Positions 30,466 to 39,634 of a stretch of 64,000 bases of DNA are shown here, piece after piece; position 1 is the stretch's first letter, and each line of letters starts with the position of its first letter. Below the pieces are notes generated by a model. It did not search any database. It saw nothing but the letters and a program-made list of their open reading frames with translations, and was not told the DNA's origin. The DNA is from Promethearchaeati archaeon SRVP18_Atabeyarchaeia-1 (GTDB lineage: Archaea; Asgardarchaeota; Atabeyarchaeia; Atabeyarchaeales; Atabeyarchaeaceae): NCBI GenBank assembly GCA_037308085.1, contig CP147779.1, positions 2,144,001-2,208,000 on the forward strand. Direction: 5' to 3'. Made by a program: the position numbers and the translations under genes.

Positions 30466-30717
30466 AAAACTAAATAAGCCAAAAATCCCATTTAAACTCA
30501 CCAACCGCAGAGGTAACAGATCCCTTGCTCTGAAAAGAACGCTTTCTGAGACAGAGAAAGCTGGACATTCCGCACATATAGGCACGGACGCAATACGGAC
30601 TGCGATAGCGAAGGAAGAGTTGACGGATCCTTCTTGTTCACCTCGTTTCCTAGCCCCGCATTTGGATTGATTAATACGCACCTGAGGCGAGCCTCAAGCC
30701 AAGTTGGACCCCAGTAC

Positions 30718-31248
30718 TCATTTCGATCGCAGGGTGTGTCTATATGCCTTCCAAGTCCCTCTCGAAGGTACAGAATCATACCACATATTCCAATAGTCGT
30801 CTAGGTAGGGTCGCACCGCCCCGTAGAGCATATCTGTGCCAATCTTGATGCGCTTTTCGCTCCTCCACCACTTGATGCCAAGCTTGTCGAGGACTGAGTG
30901 AAGCGTCTCGTGCAACTCTATCTCAAGTAGCCGGCGGATGAAGTTGCTCTTCGGCGAGTTCTTCGTGTATATGCTTTCAATGTAGATTGTGACCTTCTCA
31001 TAGCTAGCCACCCCGAGTGTCCTCTTGCAGTTCCGCAGGGAGAAGTCGTACTTCGTCTCGGCGTCCACTTTCTCCGGTCTATTGCGCCACATCATCTCCT
31101 GTTTACGGTAACACTGGTCGGAGCGAATGTATCCTCTGCGCATTGCCTCTTGTCTTCTCGGGCAGGAGCGAGCGGAGCCATACTGGCAACCAATGCAGAC
31201 ACTTGGATCCTCAGGTTCGATGAGTACCATGTCTGTCGCGACCAACAA
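30718..31248 (-). CDS. Hypothetical protein with HExxH zincin-like motif and N-terminal Cys cluster
   Basis: IELHETLHSVL; CIGC..C..C at the N-terminus. Confidence 0.55.
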   Translation of the reverse strand: MLVATDMVLIEPEDPSVCIGCQYGSARSCPRRQEAMRRGYIRSDQCYRKQEMMWRNRPEKVDAETKYDFSLRNCKRTLGVASYEKVTIYIESIYTKNSPKSNFIRRLLEIELHETLHSVLDKLGIKWWRSEKRIKIGTDMLYGAVRPYLDDYWNMWYDSVPSRGTWKAYRHTLRSK

Positions 31249-31387
31249 TCGGATAGGTACAATGATGATTCGATGAGAAATTTCTGTGCCGCACTTCCCC
31301 TCTGTATTTCATCTTATGTAATAAAACTCTTGTGGCTCCGCGCCGCCGTCGAGCATCCTAATGCGGGACTCCAAGATTCAGGTGCTG

Positions 31388-32368
31388 CTAAGTATTCTTT
31401 TTCGATGCAGTTCGGGTATTGGCTGAGTGCATCTCGCTCAGTTCAAAGATCATGTCGGCGTATTCCTGAATGAGCCGGCTTCTGTAGATTCTCTGTAACC
31501 ATTTCCTGGGTATATCTTCCAAGCCGTAGAATGCACCCGCTAGTTGCCCGTATACGGCGCCAGTCGTGTCCGCGTCGTCACCGAGGTTCACAGCAAGTAG
31601 GCAACCCTCTTGGAAGGAACTGCTCTTGTGGAAAGCCCAGAGTGCCGCCTCAAGAGACTCGACTACGTACCCACTGCCCTTGATCTCTGGTGGCTCCTTT
31701 CGCTTGAAGCTTCCTCTGGCAACAGCGCTTATCCTTGGACAGAGCTCGTTCCTCTCCCAGTAGCGGGGCGATGGGGAGTAGCATGCTGAAAGTAGTGCCT
31801 CCTTCTGGACGCCACTCGCTGCGCCACAGATGAGTCCTCCGAAATACCTGCAGGCATCGATAGCTTCCCTCACCTGGTGGGTCGTTCGTGAGCTTTCGCC
31901 AGACTTCTCGATTGCTTCAACGGGGTCTTGCGCGTAAAAGAGGGGGACGGGTGCGAGTCGCATGAGGGAGCCATTGCCCGCGCTTTGCTCATCGTCTGGT
32001 CCACAATACGCCCGAGGATTCCTCTCGAAGCTTTGTAGCGCTGCTCGAACGACGTTGCCCACATCAAAGGATTTTCCAGTGCTGCTGAGATGCCCTTCCC
32101 TGTACCAGCTGATGTATCTTCTCAGTTGATCCATGAGGTCAAAGCCTCTGCAGTTGATCAGGCTTTCTGCTAGGCAAAGGGCCATTGATGTATCATCGGT
32201 CCACTGTCCAGGTCGTAGGTGAAAAAATCCTCCTCCGACAATGTCCCTGACCGGAGGGAATGTTCCGGGGGACTTGAACTCTACTGTGGCGCCAAGGGCA
32301 TCACCCACTGCCAATCCCAGGAGGCTCCCCCTGTAGCGCTGAACCCTCTTCATCGTATCTAGCTCCAC
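31388..32368 (-). CDS. ADP-ribosylglycohydrolase (DraG/ARH family)
   Basis: [47 protein letters not shown]. Confidence 0.95.
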   Translation of the reverse strand: MELDTMKRVQRYRGSLLGLAVGDALGATVEFKSPGTFPPVRDIVGGGFFHLRPGQWTDDTSMALCLAESLINCRGFDLMDQLRRYISWYREGHLSSTGKSFDVGNVVRAALQSFERNPRAYCGPDDEQSAGNGSLMRLAPVPLFYAQDPVEAIEKSGESSRTTHQVREAIDACRYFGGLICGAASGVQKEALLSACYSPSPRYWERNELCPRISAVARGSFKRKEPPEIKGSGYVVESLEAALWAFHKSSSFQEGCLLAVNLGDDADTTGAVYGQLAGAFYGLEDIPRKWLQRIYRSRLIQEYADMIFELSEMHSANTRTASKKNT

Positions 32369-32430
32369 CCGTCATGGCCAATCCCCGATGCGCCATCCAG
32401 TTCTCGCTTTTCTTGGGTGGGTGTCAATTT

Positions 32431-33108
32431 CTACTGCTGCAGCTCTTGTTGGGTTGTTTTCTGTTTGCATGCTGGGCAGTATCCCTTGTCGCGTACCCAT
32501 TGCAGGAAATGCGTTCTATGTGCGAGGCGCCCGCAGTGAGGGCAGCGTATCGCTACGTCACCGTCCCTGAAGTTCGCGTCGCAGACCATGCAATGCTCCG
32601 CCTGCTCATCCAAGTCCAAGAGGCTCTCACCCTTTGACCCACGTCTTAGGTTCGCGCCGCAGGCTGTGCAGAAGTTGGCGTTCGGATGCATGTTTATTGC
32701 TCCACAGGCGTTGCACATTTTCCAGCTCACCTTGAGAGGCTTCGAGTAGGGCACCTCTGTCGTGGATTCAGCATTCTCTGCTGGACTCACGCTCTGTGAG
32801 GCTTCTTCTTGCGGAGTCTCAGCCTGGTCTTGGCGGTCGCGCATCCACCTGCTCCTTGCTTCATCCTCGCTCAAGTCGACTTCTCCAGGTTCGATTTGGG
32901 GTTCATTCCACTCTTCTTGATCAATTGTTGTGGTTTCTCCAAGGACTTTTCCCCTTATGCCATGCTTCAGCTTCACGCCAGCCCCACAGTGAGGGCAGTA
33001 GATCACTTCTTCGGGGGTTGGCAGTACTATTTTCCCCCCACACTTCGGGCAATGCTGGTAGAACTCCTCGGTAGATGGCGGTACATGTCCGTGACCTAGG
33101 TACGGCAT
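32431..33108 (-). CDS. Zinc ribbon, acidic linker, zinc ribbon, variant RING protein
   Basis: CPKC..CPHC, CNAC..CTAC, CMVC..CPHC..HRTH..W..CPAC. Confidence 0.8.
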   Translation of the reverse strand: MPYLGHGHVPPSTEEFYQHCPKCGGKIVLPTPEEVIYCPHCGAGVKLKHGIRGKVLGETTTIDQEEWNEPQIEPGEVDLSEDEARSRWMRDRQDQAETPQEEASQSVSPAENAESTTEVPYSKPLKVSWKMCNACGAINMHPNANFCTACGANLRRGSKGESLLDLDEQAEHCMVCDANFRDGDVAIRCPHCGRLAHRTHFLQWVRDKGYCPACKQKTTQQELQQ

Positions 33109-33189
33109 GCTCTCAACCTCCTTTATGTGGCTTGATTCTCATTCCATCTAGGAGTGACGTTATGTTGTCGGTTCATTGCCTCTGTTGCC

Positions 33190-34005
33190 CTATCCCTCGT
33201 TCAGGATGTCCAGTTCGCCTAGGCGCCTTCTACATGCCGGGCAGTATCCCCTGGCGCGCACCCAGTCGAGAAGATGATCCCTGTGGTAAGCTATTCCGCA
33301 ACGCGGGCACCGTGAGAAGGGCTCACCCTCCTCGAGTCGCAAGTTGCACACGGCGCACCTTTTCTCACTGGGGTCGGTAATTACTATGTAGTGCAAACTG
33401 TGCGGTGCGGTTGCGATAACGTCTGGCAAGATGTCAAGGTCCCCGCGTAGTTCTACGATTTCTGGCTGGATTGGCATAGGGTGTTGACCATACCAAACGG
33501 CGCCAAGCGCGATCAACAGGGAAGATAGCGTGATAACGACACCCTCCAACGGTACCCAATCGACCGCCCAAGCGGCCCTAATTCCGAGGGTCGTGTTCAC
33601 GTGGTTTGGATTCTCAGCGATAAAGAAGTACGTGCGGTTGGCTAGGATATGGTAATTGATGTTGAGGTCTGACACTACACTGAGGGACAGCAGATAGGAG
33701 TACCCCGGATCACCATTCACCATGAGATGGTAGTTGAGGGGATCCATGACGCGGAAGAAGATCTGCTCACCCGAACTTGAATTTAGCCCTCCGAGCACCC
33801 TCAAATCAATATTCAAGGTCCCCCCGGTTGGCAATGTCTGATTTTGAACGTACAGTCCATGGGGGGCTATGGTTACCGTGGCATCAATCGGTGTCTCCGG
33901 CGTAGCGACGTAGGCTACAAATCCCATGGAAGCGAGCAACAGGGGTATCAGCACGACTAACGCTACCTGGCTCCACTCGCCAAAATAAGCTGCCTCTCTC
34001 TGCAA
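33190..34005 (-). CDS. Receptor-like RING protein: TM/signal, GOLD-like ectodomain, TM, RING
   Basis: N-terminal hydrophobic helix; beta domain ending YFFIAEN; TM; CAVC..CPRC..HRDH..W..CPAC. Confidence 0.78.
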   Translation of the reverse strand: MQREAAYFGEWSQVALVVLIPLLLASMGFVAYVATPETPIDATVTIAPHGLYVQNQTLPTGGTLNIDLRVLGGLNSSSGEQIFFRVMDPLNYHLMVNGDPGYSYLLSLSVVSDLNINYHILANRTYFFIAENPNHVNTTLGIRAAWAVDWVPLEGVVITLSSLLIALGAVWYGQHPMPIQPEIVELRGDLDILPDVIATAPHSLHYIVITDPSEKRCAVCNLRLEEGEPFSRCPRCGIAYHRDHLLDWVRARGYCPACRRRLGELDILNEG

Positions 34006-34180
34006 GTTCTAGACCCTCCTAACTGCTGTCATACGAAGCTATCGTCGAAACTTCCATTAATAGGTTACGCTTACAGCACGCGAAGAAAGGCACTCAATGA
34101 ACTGGAATCCCCTAGACTCGCCCTATCTCCGATTGAGTATCACTGGGAGTCCGTGGCCAAGAAGCCTGCCACGCGGCATG

Positions 34181-36343
34181 CTAGTCCAGCTTCTTCTTGC
34201 CTGTTGGTTCTGGTTGGGGCTCGGTCTGCTTCTTGACCTCCGCTTCGTCCAGATGCCTACCACACGTTGGGCAGTAATCCTTCACGTGTAACCACTCCAG
34301 GAAGTCGTCCCTGTGAGCCAGACCACCGCAATAGGGACAGAAGAGGATCTCATCGCTATTCTCCAATCCTCTCTTGCAGACCATGCAAACCCCTGATCTA
34401 GGGCGCATCCCCGTCTTCCGACCTGCAACAGAGGACACCGCCAAGCTGCCTTTCACAGGCGCGCCGCAGTTCCAGCAGGTTTCGTCAGTTGATTTCAAAG
34501 AAGCGCCACAGCTCCGGCACCGCACGGAACGAATAGGGGCGATGCGTTCCCGTCTCTCTCCCAGCATTCCCGGTTGGCTTGAGGGAACTTCCGGCGGGCG
34601 GTAATTCGATCCACCCGTAGGTCTCCCGGTCCCGCCTCTGCTTGAAACTGCTAGCACGACGGCGAAAAAGAGAACAACGAACAGAATCACCACAGCGTAG
34701 AACTCCATAGGGGGATTGGGTTGATTCCCACCGCCAAAGTCCACCGTCACAGTAAGGAGGTAAGCTCCACTGCCATGGGATGAGTAGACCATAATGTACC
34801 AATCGCCGTAGTAGGGATTGGGATAGTTGACGTCTTCGTCGCCGCTTGCAGTTCCGCTCCAGTAGTAGGATAACGTTGTTGGGTATGATCCGCACGCCCC
34901 GTAGAGATCAAAGTCAGCGCCTGACGGGCAAGTAAGAACAGCGTGCATGTTCACAGCGCTATTGTAGAGATACATGTACCAGAGATCGTACTCGCCAGTT
35001 CCGCTCAGGTTGCCACTGACAGTGTAGCCATTATAGAGGGACTGCGGGGTGAGAGGGGCTCTCACTGTCACAGTCAGCCGATATGTCCCATTGCCATGGA
35101 GCGACTCGACCATGATGTACCAGGTGCCAGAGGAAGGATTGTTATATGTGGTGTTTTCGTCGCCGCTTGCAGTTCCGCTCCAGGCGTAGAATGTCGTTGT
35201 TGGGTAAGATCCATAGGCTCCATAGAGATTGAAATCCGCGTTTGCCGGGCAAGTTAGGACCGAGTGCATGCTCGTGGCTCCGTAGGCAACGTATATGTAC
35301 CACAAGGCATAGTCTCCATTTCCATTCAGGGTGCCCGTTGCAGTCATGCCGTTCGATAGGTACTGGAGGACGGGGGCGTATGCTACGTAGACGGTTAGTT
35401 GATAGGTGCCGTTTCCGCTGTACGAGAAGGGCATTATGTACCACGCGCCGGCACCAGGATAACTGTATATGACGTCCTCGTTACCAGCCTGGTTTCCACG
35501 CCAGTAGTAGCCCGTCAACGTTGGATATCCCCCGTTCATCCCGTAGAGATCGAAGTCGGCGCCAGAAGAACAAGTGAGAACAGCCCGCATACTCGTTGCC
35601 CCACCCAAGATATATATGTACCAGAGGTCAGAGTCGGCGGTGGCATTGAGGCTACTGGTTGCAGGAGTCCCACTCGTAAGTGGGAGTTGAGCGCTCGTGT
35701 ACAGTACGGTGACAGTCAGAAGATAGTTCCCTTTGGAGAGGTCGGAATAAGCCATGATGTACCATGTGCCAGCCGAAGGATTGTAGTAGCTCATATCCTC
35801 AGTGCTTCCATAATATGTGGCGCTCCAGCTGTATGATGTGGTGGTTGGATAGACCCCGACTTGACCGTACAGATAAACGTAATTGCCGGGGTTGCCTGTG
35901 ACGACGGCGCGCATGAACCTTGCTCCACCGGTGACGTTGATGTACCACATCTCCGAGTCTCCGGTGCCATTCAGAAACCCGATGCTTGATACTCCATTAG
36001 TAAGAGGCCGTACTGCATCGCTGCTTCTGTACTCCGAGGGACTCCTACTGGACGCGTACTTGCCCACGCGGTAGTCAGTTCCCAGTCTATTAGAATCGGT
36101 CCCTTTCCCTCCCGGCGTGGGCGTCGCAGTTCGAAGATGTGTGAGCGTCGGCAAAGAAACGTTTGGTGAGTGCGCCTGCGCCGGAGCTACGTCGCCAGCT
36201 CCGGTCAATGGGCTCTGGGTGCCACGGCTTGCCGACATCAACCCAGCAGACGGAGACAAAACGGTTAAGAACAGCAGTAGAGCGAGGAGTCCTTCCGCGA
36301 ATCTTAGCTCAAGTTTGCTCCTTGTATTCGCCCTACCGTTCAT
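34181..36343 (-). CDS. Receptor-like RING protein: signal peptide, four PPC domains, TM, zinc ribbon, RING
   Basis: Four ~105-aa repeats with ADFDLY..G.YPT and G.WYIMV (pre-peptidase C-terminal domain); TM FYAVVILFVVLFFAVVLAV; CRSC..CWNC; CMVC..CPYC..HRDD..W..CPTC. Confidence 0.85.
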   Translation of the reverse strand: MNGRANTRSKLELRFAEGLLALLLFLTVLSPSAGLMSASRGTQSPLTGAGDVAPAQAHSPNVSLPTLTHLRTATPTPGGKGTDSNRLGTDYRVGKYASSRSPSEYRSSDAVRPLTNGVSSIGFLNGTGDSEMWYINVTGGARFMRAVVTGNPGNYVYLYGQVGVYPTTTSYSWSATYYGSTEDMSYYNPSAGTWYIMAYSDLSKGNYLLTVTVLYTSAQLPLTSGTPATSSLNATADSDLWYIYILGGATSMRAVLTCSSGADFDLYGMNGGYPTLTGYYWRGNQAGNEDVIYSYPGAGAWYIMPFSYSGNGTYQLTVYVAYAPVLQYLSNGMTATGTLNGNGDYALWYIYVAYGATSMHSVLTCPANADFNLYGAYGSYPTTTFYAWSGTASGDENTTYNNPSSGTWYIMVESLHGNGTYRLTVTVRAPLTPQSLYNGYTVSGNLSGTGEYDLWYMYLYNSAVNMHAVLTCPSGADFDLYGACGSYPTTLSYYWSGTASGDEDVNYPNPYYGDWYIMVYSSHGSGAYLLTVTVDFGGGNQPNPPMEFYAVVILFVVLFFAVVLAVSSRGGTGRPTGGSNYRPPEVPSSQPGMLGERRERIAPIRSVRCRSCGASLKSTDETCWNCGAPVKGSLAVSSVAGRKTGMRPRSGVCMVCKRGLENSDEILFCPYCGGLAHRDDFLEWLHVKDYCPTCGRHLDEAEVKKQTEPQPEPTGKKKLD
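34740..36003 (-). repeat. Four tandem intragenic PPC-domain repeats
   Basis: Visible at protein and DNA level, e.g. TCGTCGCCGCTTGCAGTTCCGCTCCAG near 34836 and 35157. Confidence 0.85.
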
Positions 36344-36710
36344 TTCCCCCGCCTCACGTAGCTAAGCAGCCGAGCGAAATCGTTTTCATCCCGTGCCGAG
36401 TATATTTATCGGGTTAATTTGCCTTATAAGCTTGACGTAAGTCACGACTATTGCAGCGTGCGCCTCGCCCGATAAAAAGTTCCTAGGATCATAGGATTCG
36501 GAAACGAGCTTCCGCTCTCGCTTGTAGGCTAGCTCCTAAAGCTTCCCCTAAGGCAAGAGTAAATGCAGGCTCAGGAGATGTCTTGGCTTGACCTCTCGTT
36601 TGTTGATGAGGGTCCTAGCAAGCGCTCCAGTTTCACATTTCCTTGTGATCCAGGCAAATAGTATATACTGAGCTTACTCCATCCAATGATTAGGACCCCC
36701 TTGAGGGAAG

Positions 36711-37547
36711 GTGATGGAACTGGCAGGGGACGAGCTGGGGGAACTACCAGGAACAGGAAGAATGCCAGTCTTGTTCGTTGGCCATGGTTCCCCTATCAAC
36801 CTCGTCTTGATGAATGACTTCACCCGCCACCTGTTAAAGCTGGGAAAAGAGATCCCGAAACCGAAGGCAATAATGGTTGTCTCAGCGCACTGGTTAACAG
36901 ACGGTTCCTACGTCACATGCATGAAGAAGCCCAGGACTATCTATGATTTCTACGGCTTCCCTGACCAATTGTATGGGATCAGCTATCCGAGTCCTGGCGC
37001 ACCACGCTATGCCAGACTTGCCGCAAACTCGGTTAAGGCTGCGAAGGGCAGCTGTGACACCGGATGGGGTCTTGACCACGCCTCCTGGTCCATTCTGCAC
37101 CACATGTATCCGAAGGCAGATATCCCGGTATTCGAAATGAGCCTCGATTACTCATTCAACGATTGGCATCCGAAGCCGATGCAATACCACCATGACCTGG
37201 CGAAAGAACTTGTCGCGCTTAGAGAGAAGGGCGTCCTGATTATTGGAAGCGGGAACATCGTGCATAACCTGCAGTTGGTAGACTTCCAGAAGATTGATGC
37301 GACCCCCTATGACTGGGCGACTGAGTTCGACGAGGAAGTGAGATCAGCACTTCTAAGCGGGAGCATCAGAGAGCTAATCAATTACCAGAACCTTTCGCGG
37401 AAAGCGTATTTGGCGGTTCCAACTCTCGACCACTACCTCCCAATGATATACGCAGTAGCTCTGCAACAACAGGGCGAGACGCTCAGATTCACCTATGAAG
37501 GTTTCCAGAACGGCTCCATTTCCATGCGTTGTTTTCGGATAGGATGA
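36711..37547 (+). CDS. ygiD: 4,5-DOPA extradiol dioxygenase (LigB/YgiD family)
   Basis: FVGHGSP, VSAHW, IYDFYGFP, GLDHASW, GSGNIVHNL, PTLDHYLP. Confidence 0.92.
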   Translation: MMELAGDELGELPGTGRMPVLFVGHGSPINLVLMNDFTRHLLKLGKEIPKPKAIMVVSAHWLTDGSYVTCMKKPRTIYDFYGFPDQLYGISYPSPGAPRYARLAANSVKAAKGSCDTGWGLDHASWSILHHMYPKADIPVFEMSLDYSFNDWHPKPMQYHHDLAKELVALREKGVLIIGSGNIVHNLQLVDFQKIDATPYDWATEFDEEVRSALLSGSIRELINYQNLSRKAYLAVPTLDHYLPMIYAVALQQQGETLRFTYEGFQNGSISMRCFRIG

Positions 37548-37741
37548 TGGCGCAAGGATCTGGACCTGCCAACGGAATCCAGAAGGATAGCCAGGCTCTG
37601 TGGCTGTGAGGCGCATGTGGGCAAGCTTTTTATGCCCTTGCCATTCTTACCTCTGCTGGAGGAGCTGCTGGGCGAATTGCCGTGTGTTCACGCTGAGGCG
37701 CCCGAAAAAGCAGGTACGCCCAGGCAACTGGGACGTGAGGT

Positions 37742-38182
37742 GTGCAGAGCTTGAACAGACCGATAAAGAAAAGGCAGTCAGAGGAACCAGCTGACGAGGC
37801 ACGTAACGTTCTCCCGAAGGCGGCTCAGGAAGCCCTGAAGAGGCTTGATGCAGAGGTGGAGGAGGCTCTGGAGAAACTCAAGGCACTGAGACCTGTCGAC
37901 CCGAAAGTGACGAAGTCCGCTAATGAGGTGACGAAGGATTTCGAAAAGAATGTGGAGCGGGTTCGATCCGAGTTGGACAAATGCTTGGAAAACCAACAGG
38001 TCTGTTCGGAACTGGAGCCCGACTTGAAGAGACTGAAGGACCAACTCCAAGACCTTGTCGCCAAGCTCAAGGACTCCATACAGAGGGGAGTGCCCGCGGT
38101 TTACGGAAGCGTGATCAAGGCGCTAATTGATGCGTTCAGGGCAATGCTGAAGCGGCTGCGCGACATGCTCAATCGCAAATAA
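37742..38182 (+). CDS. Coiled-coil hypothetical protein
   Basis: Amphipathic helical 146-aa ORF, 41 bp upstream of the next gene. Confidence 0.6.
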   Translation: MQSLNRPIKKRQSEEPADEARNVLPKAAQEALKRLDAEVEEALEKLKALRPVDPKVTKSANEVTKDFEKNVERVRSELDKCLENQQVCSELEPDLKRLKDQLQDLVAKLKDSIQRGVPAVYGSVIKALIDAFRAMLKRLRDMLNRK

Positions 38183-38223
38183 GCCATCAACAGATACAGG
38201 ATGCACCGAGGGCGTGAACGCAA

Positions 38224-38895
38224 GTGGAAGACAATACGATCAAGTATAAGGTCATGCCCACGCTTGTCTGGCTGATACTCCTAATGTTCGCCGGGGCAAA
38301 GCTTGTTTCTTTGGCTATCGAAGGCGCGTTCGGATTCCACCTAGCTCAGCTCACAATATCCTTCTTCATGGATCCGATCAGTCTGATTGTGGTCATAGTG
38401 TTGTACTTCGTGTTCTTCTTGCTTGCTTATCTCACTGTGAGCAGGACGGCGCTCAGCATTGTATTCGCGAGCCTCTTCGCCATCGTGTGTGGTGCGGGCC
38501 TCTTTAGCACGACTTTCTATATCGCGGATATTGTGGGCGCAGATATAGTACCTGAGGCACTGCTTCTGACAACCGGTGTCTTCGTCATCGCCATGCTGTG
38601 GGAGTGGATAACAAAGAAGGATCTCGTTAGCTGGGGCTTCTGGCTCTTCTTGTTCTTGTTGGCAGCGATCGTTCTCACTATTGCCGAGGTTTTCATACCT
38701 TTGACCATCTTCAGAGTGGCTGTTGACTTGGGTGTAGTTCTTCTCTTCGCCATCATAGTTGCTTATGACACATATTGGGCGAGGCAACATGCTCCAGATG
38801 ATAGGTGGATGATGGCAGCTCTGAAATTCTTCATAGATTTCATAAACATATTGATTAGGATAATCCTTCTGCTAATAGAAACCAGGAGGAGATAG
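38224..38895 (+). CDS. Bax inhibitor-1 / YccA family membrane protein
   Basis: About 7 TM; ALLLTTGVF, KKDL..WG, IVAYDT, AALKFFIDFINILIRII. Confidence 0.82.
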   Translation: MEDNTIKYKVMPTLVWLILLMFAGAKLVSLAIEGAFGFHLAQLTISFFMDPISLIVVIVLYFVFFLLAYLTVSRTALSIVFASLFAIVCGAGLFSTTFYIADIVGADIVPEALLLTTGVFVIAMLWEWITKKDLVSWGFWLFLFLLAAIVLTIAEVFIPLTIFRVAVDLGVVLLFAIIVAYDTYWARQHAPDDRWMMAALKFFIDFINILIRIILLLIETRRR

Positions 38896-39016
38896 CCAAG
38901 ATCTCCCTCACTGGACCTAACCTTTTTCTAGCAAGTGGCTCTCGGCACTATTGATGGAAATATCGTTACAGTTGTCGGATCAGAGGATCAACTCAATACG
39001 TCGAGGTGAACCCGCT

Positions 39017-39634
39017 TTGGATTTATACGAAGCTGTAGGGAGGAGAAGAAGCGTAAGGGAATTTGAGTCTTCACTGGTAGAAGAAGAGAAGCTCAGAAGA
39101 GTCCTTGAGGCTGGCCTGAGAGCGCCCTCTCACAATCACCTGAGGGAATGGGAATTCATTCTAGTTAGGGATCCTGCTCAAAGGAGGAGAGTCGTGGAGA
39201 TTGGCGCCAGGGCAAGGAACATGACGAACCAAAAGGAGCTGGAAGAAGCAACTACTGGCATGAAGGACGAACTACAGCAAGAGATGTACCTGAAAGCACT
39301 ATCAGTCCAGAAGAGAATGCTAGTCAGCGCGCCCGAGCTCCTAGTGGTCTGCTTCAAGATGAGAAAGCCCTTGGAAGAGTGCACCACGCTGTACGACCTG
39401 AACTGCTTTGCCTCCATCTGGACTTGCATCGAGAATATTCTGCTAGCAATGGCTTCAGAAGGGCTCTACGGGGTGACCTATGTCCCAAATGGGACTTCCT
39501 CGCTGAGGGACATATTGGGTGTGCCAGAAGACTACGAGATAGCAGCGCTCATCCCCATAGGATATCCAAGGGAATGTCTCATAAAGCAAAAAGAAATATC
39601 ACTGAGAGATAAACTGCACACAGATGAATGGTAG
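39017..39634 (+). CDS. Nitroreductase family protein
   Basis: RRRSVREF, APSHNHLREWEF, IENILLAMASEGL, LIPIGYP. TTG start after GAGGTGA. Confidence 0.92.
   Translation: MDLYEAVGRRRSVREFESSLVEEEKLRRVLEAGLRAPSHNHLREWEFILVRDPAQRRRVVEIGARARNMTNQKELEEATTGMKDELQQEMYLKALSVQKRMLVSAPELLVVCFKMRKPLEECTTLYDLNCFASIWTCIENILLAMASEGLYGVTYVPNGTSSLRDILGVPEDYEIAALIPIGYPRECLIKQKEISLRDKLHTDEW

Larger units (their letters stand above)
29232..30523 (-). mobile_element. Non-autonomous tnpB element bounded by 22-bp TIRs and an 8-bp target-site duplication
   Basis: TIRs GGTTCTGTTATCTCTGCGGTTG (29232-29253) and CAACCGCAGAGGTAACAGATCC (30502-30523) match 20/22. Flanks CTTCCTCT (29224-29231) and CTTGCTCT (30524-30531) match 7/8. 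No transposase inside. Confidence 0.88.
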
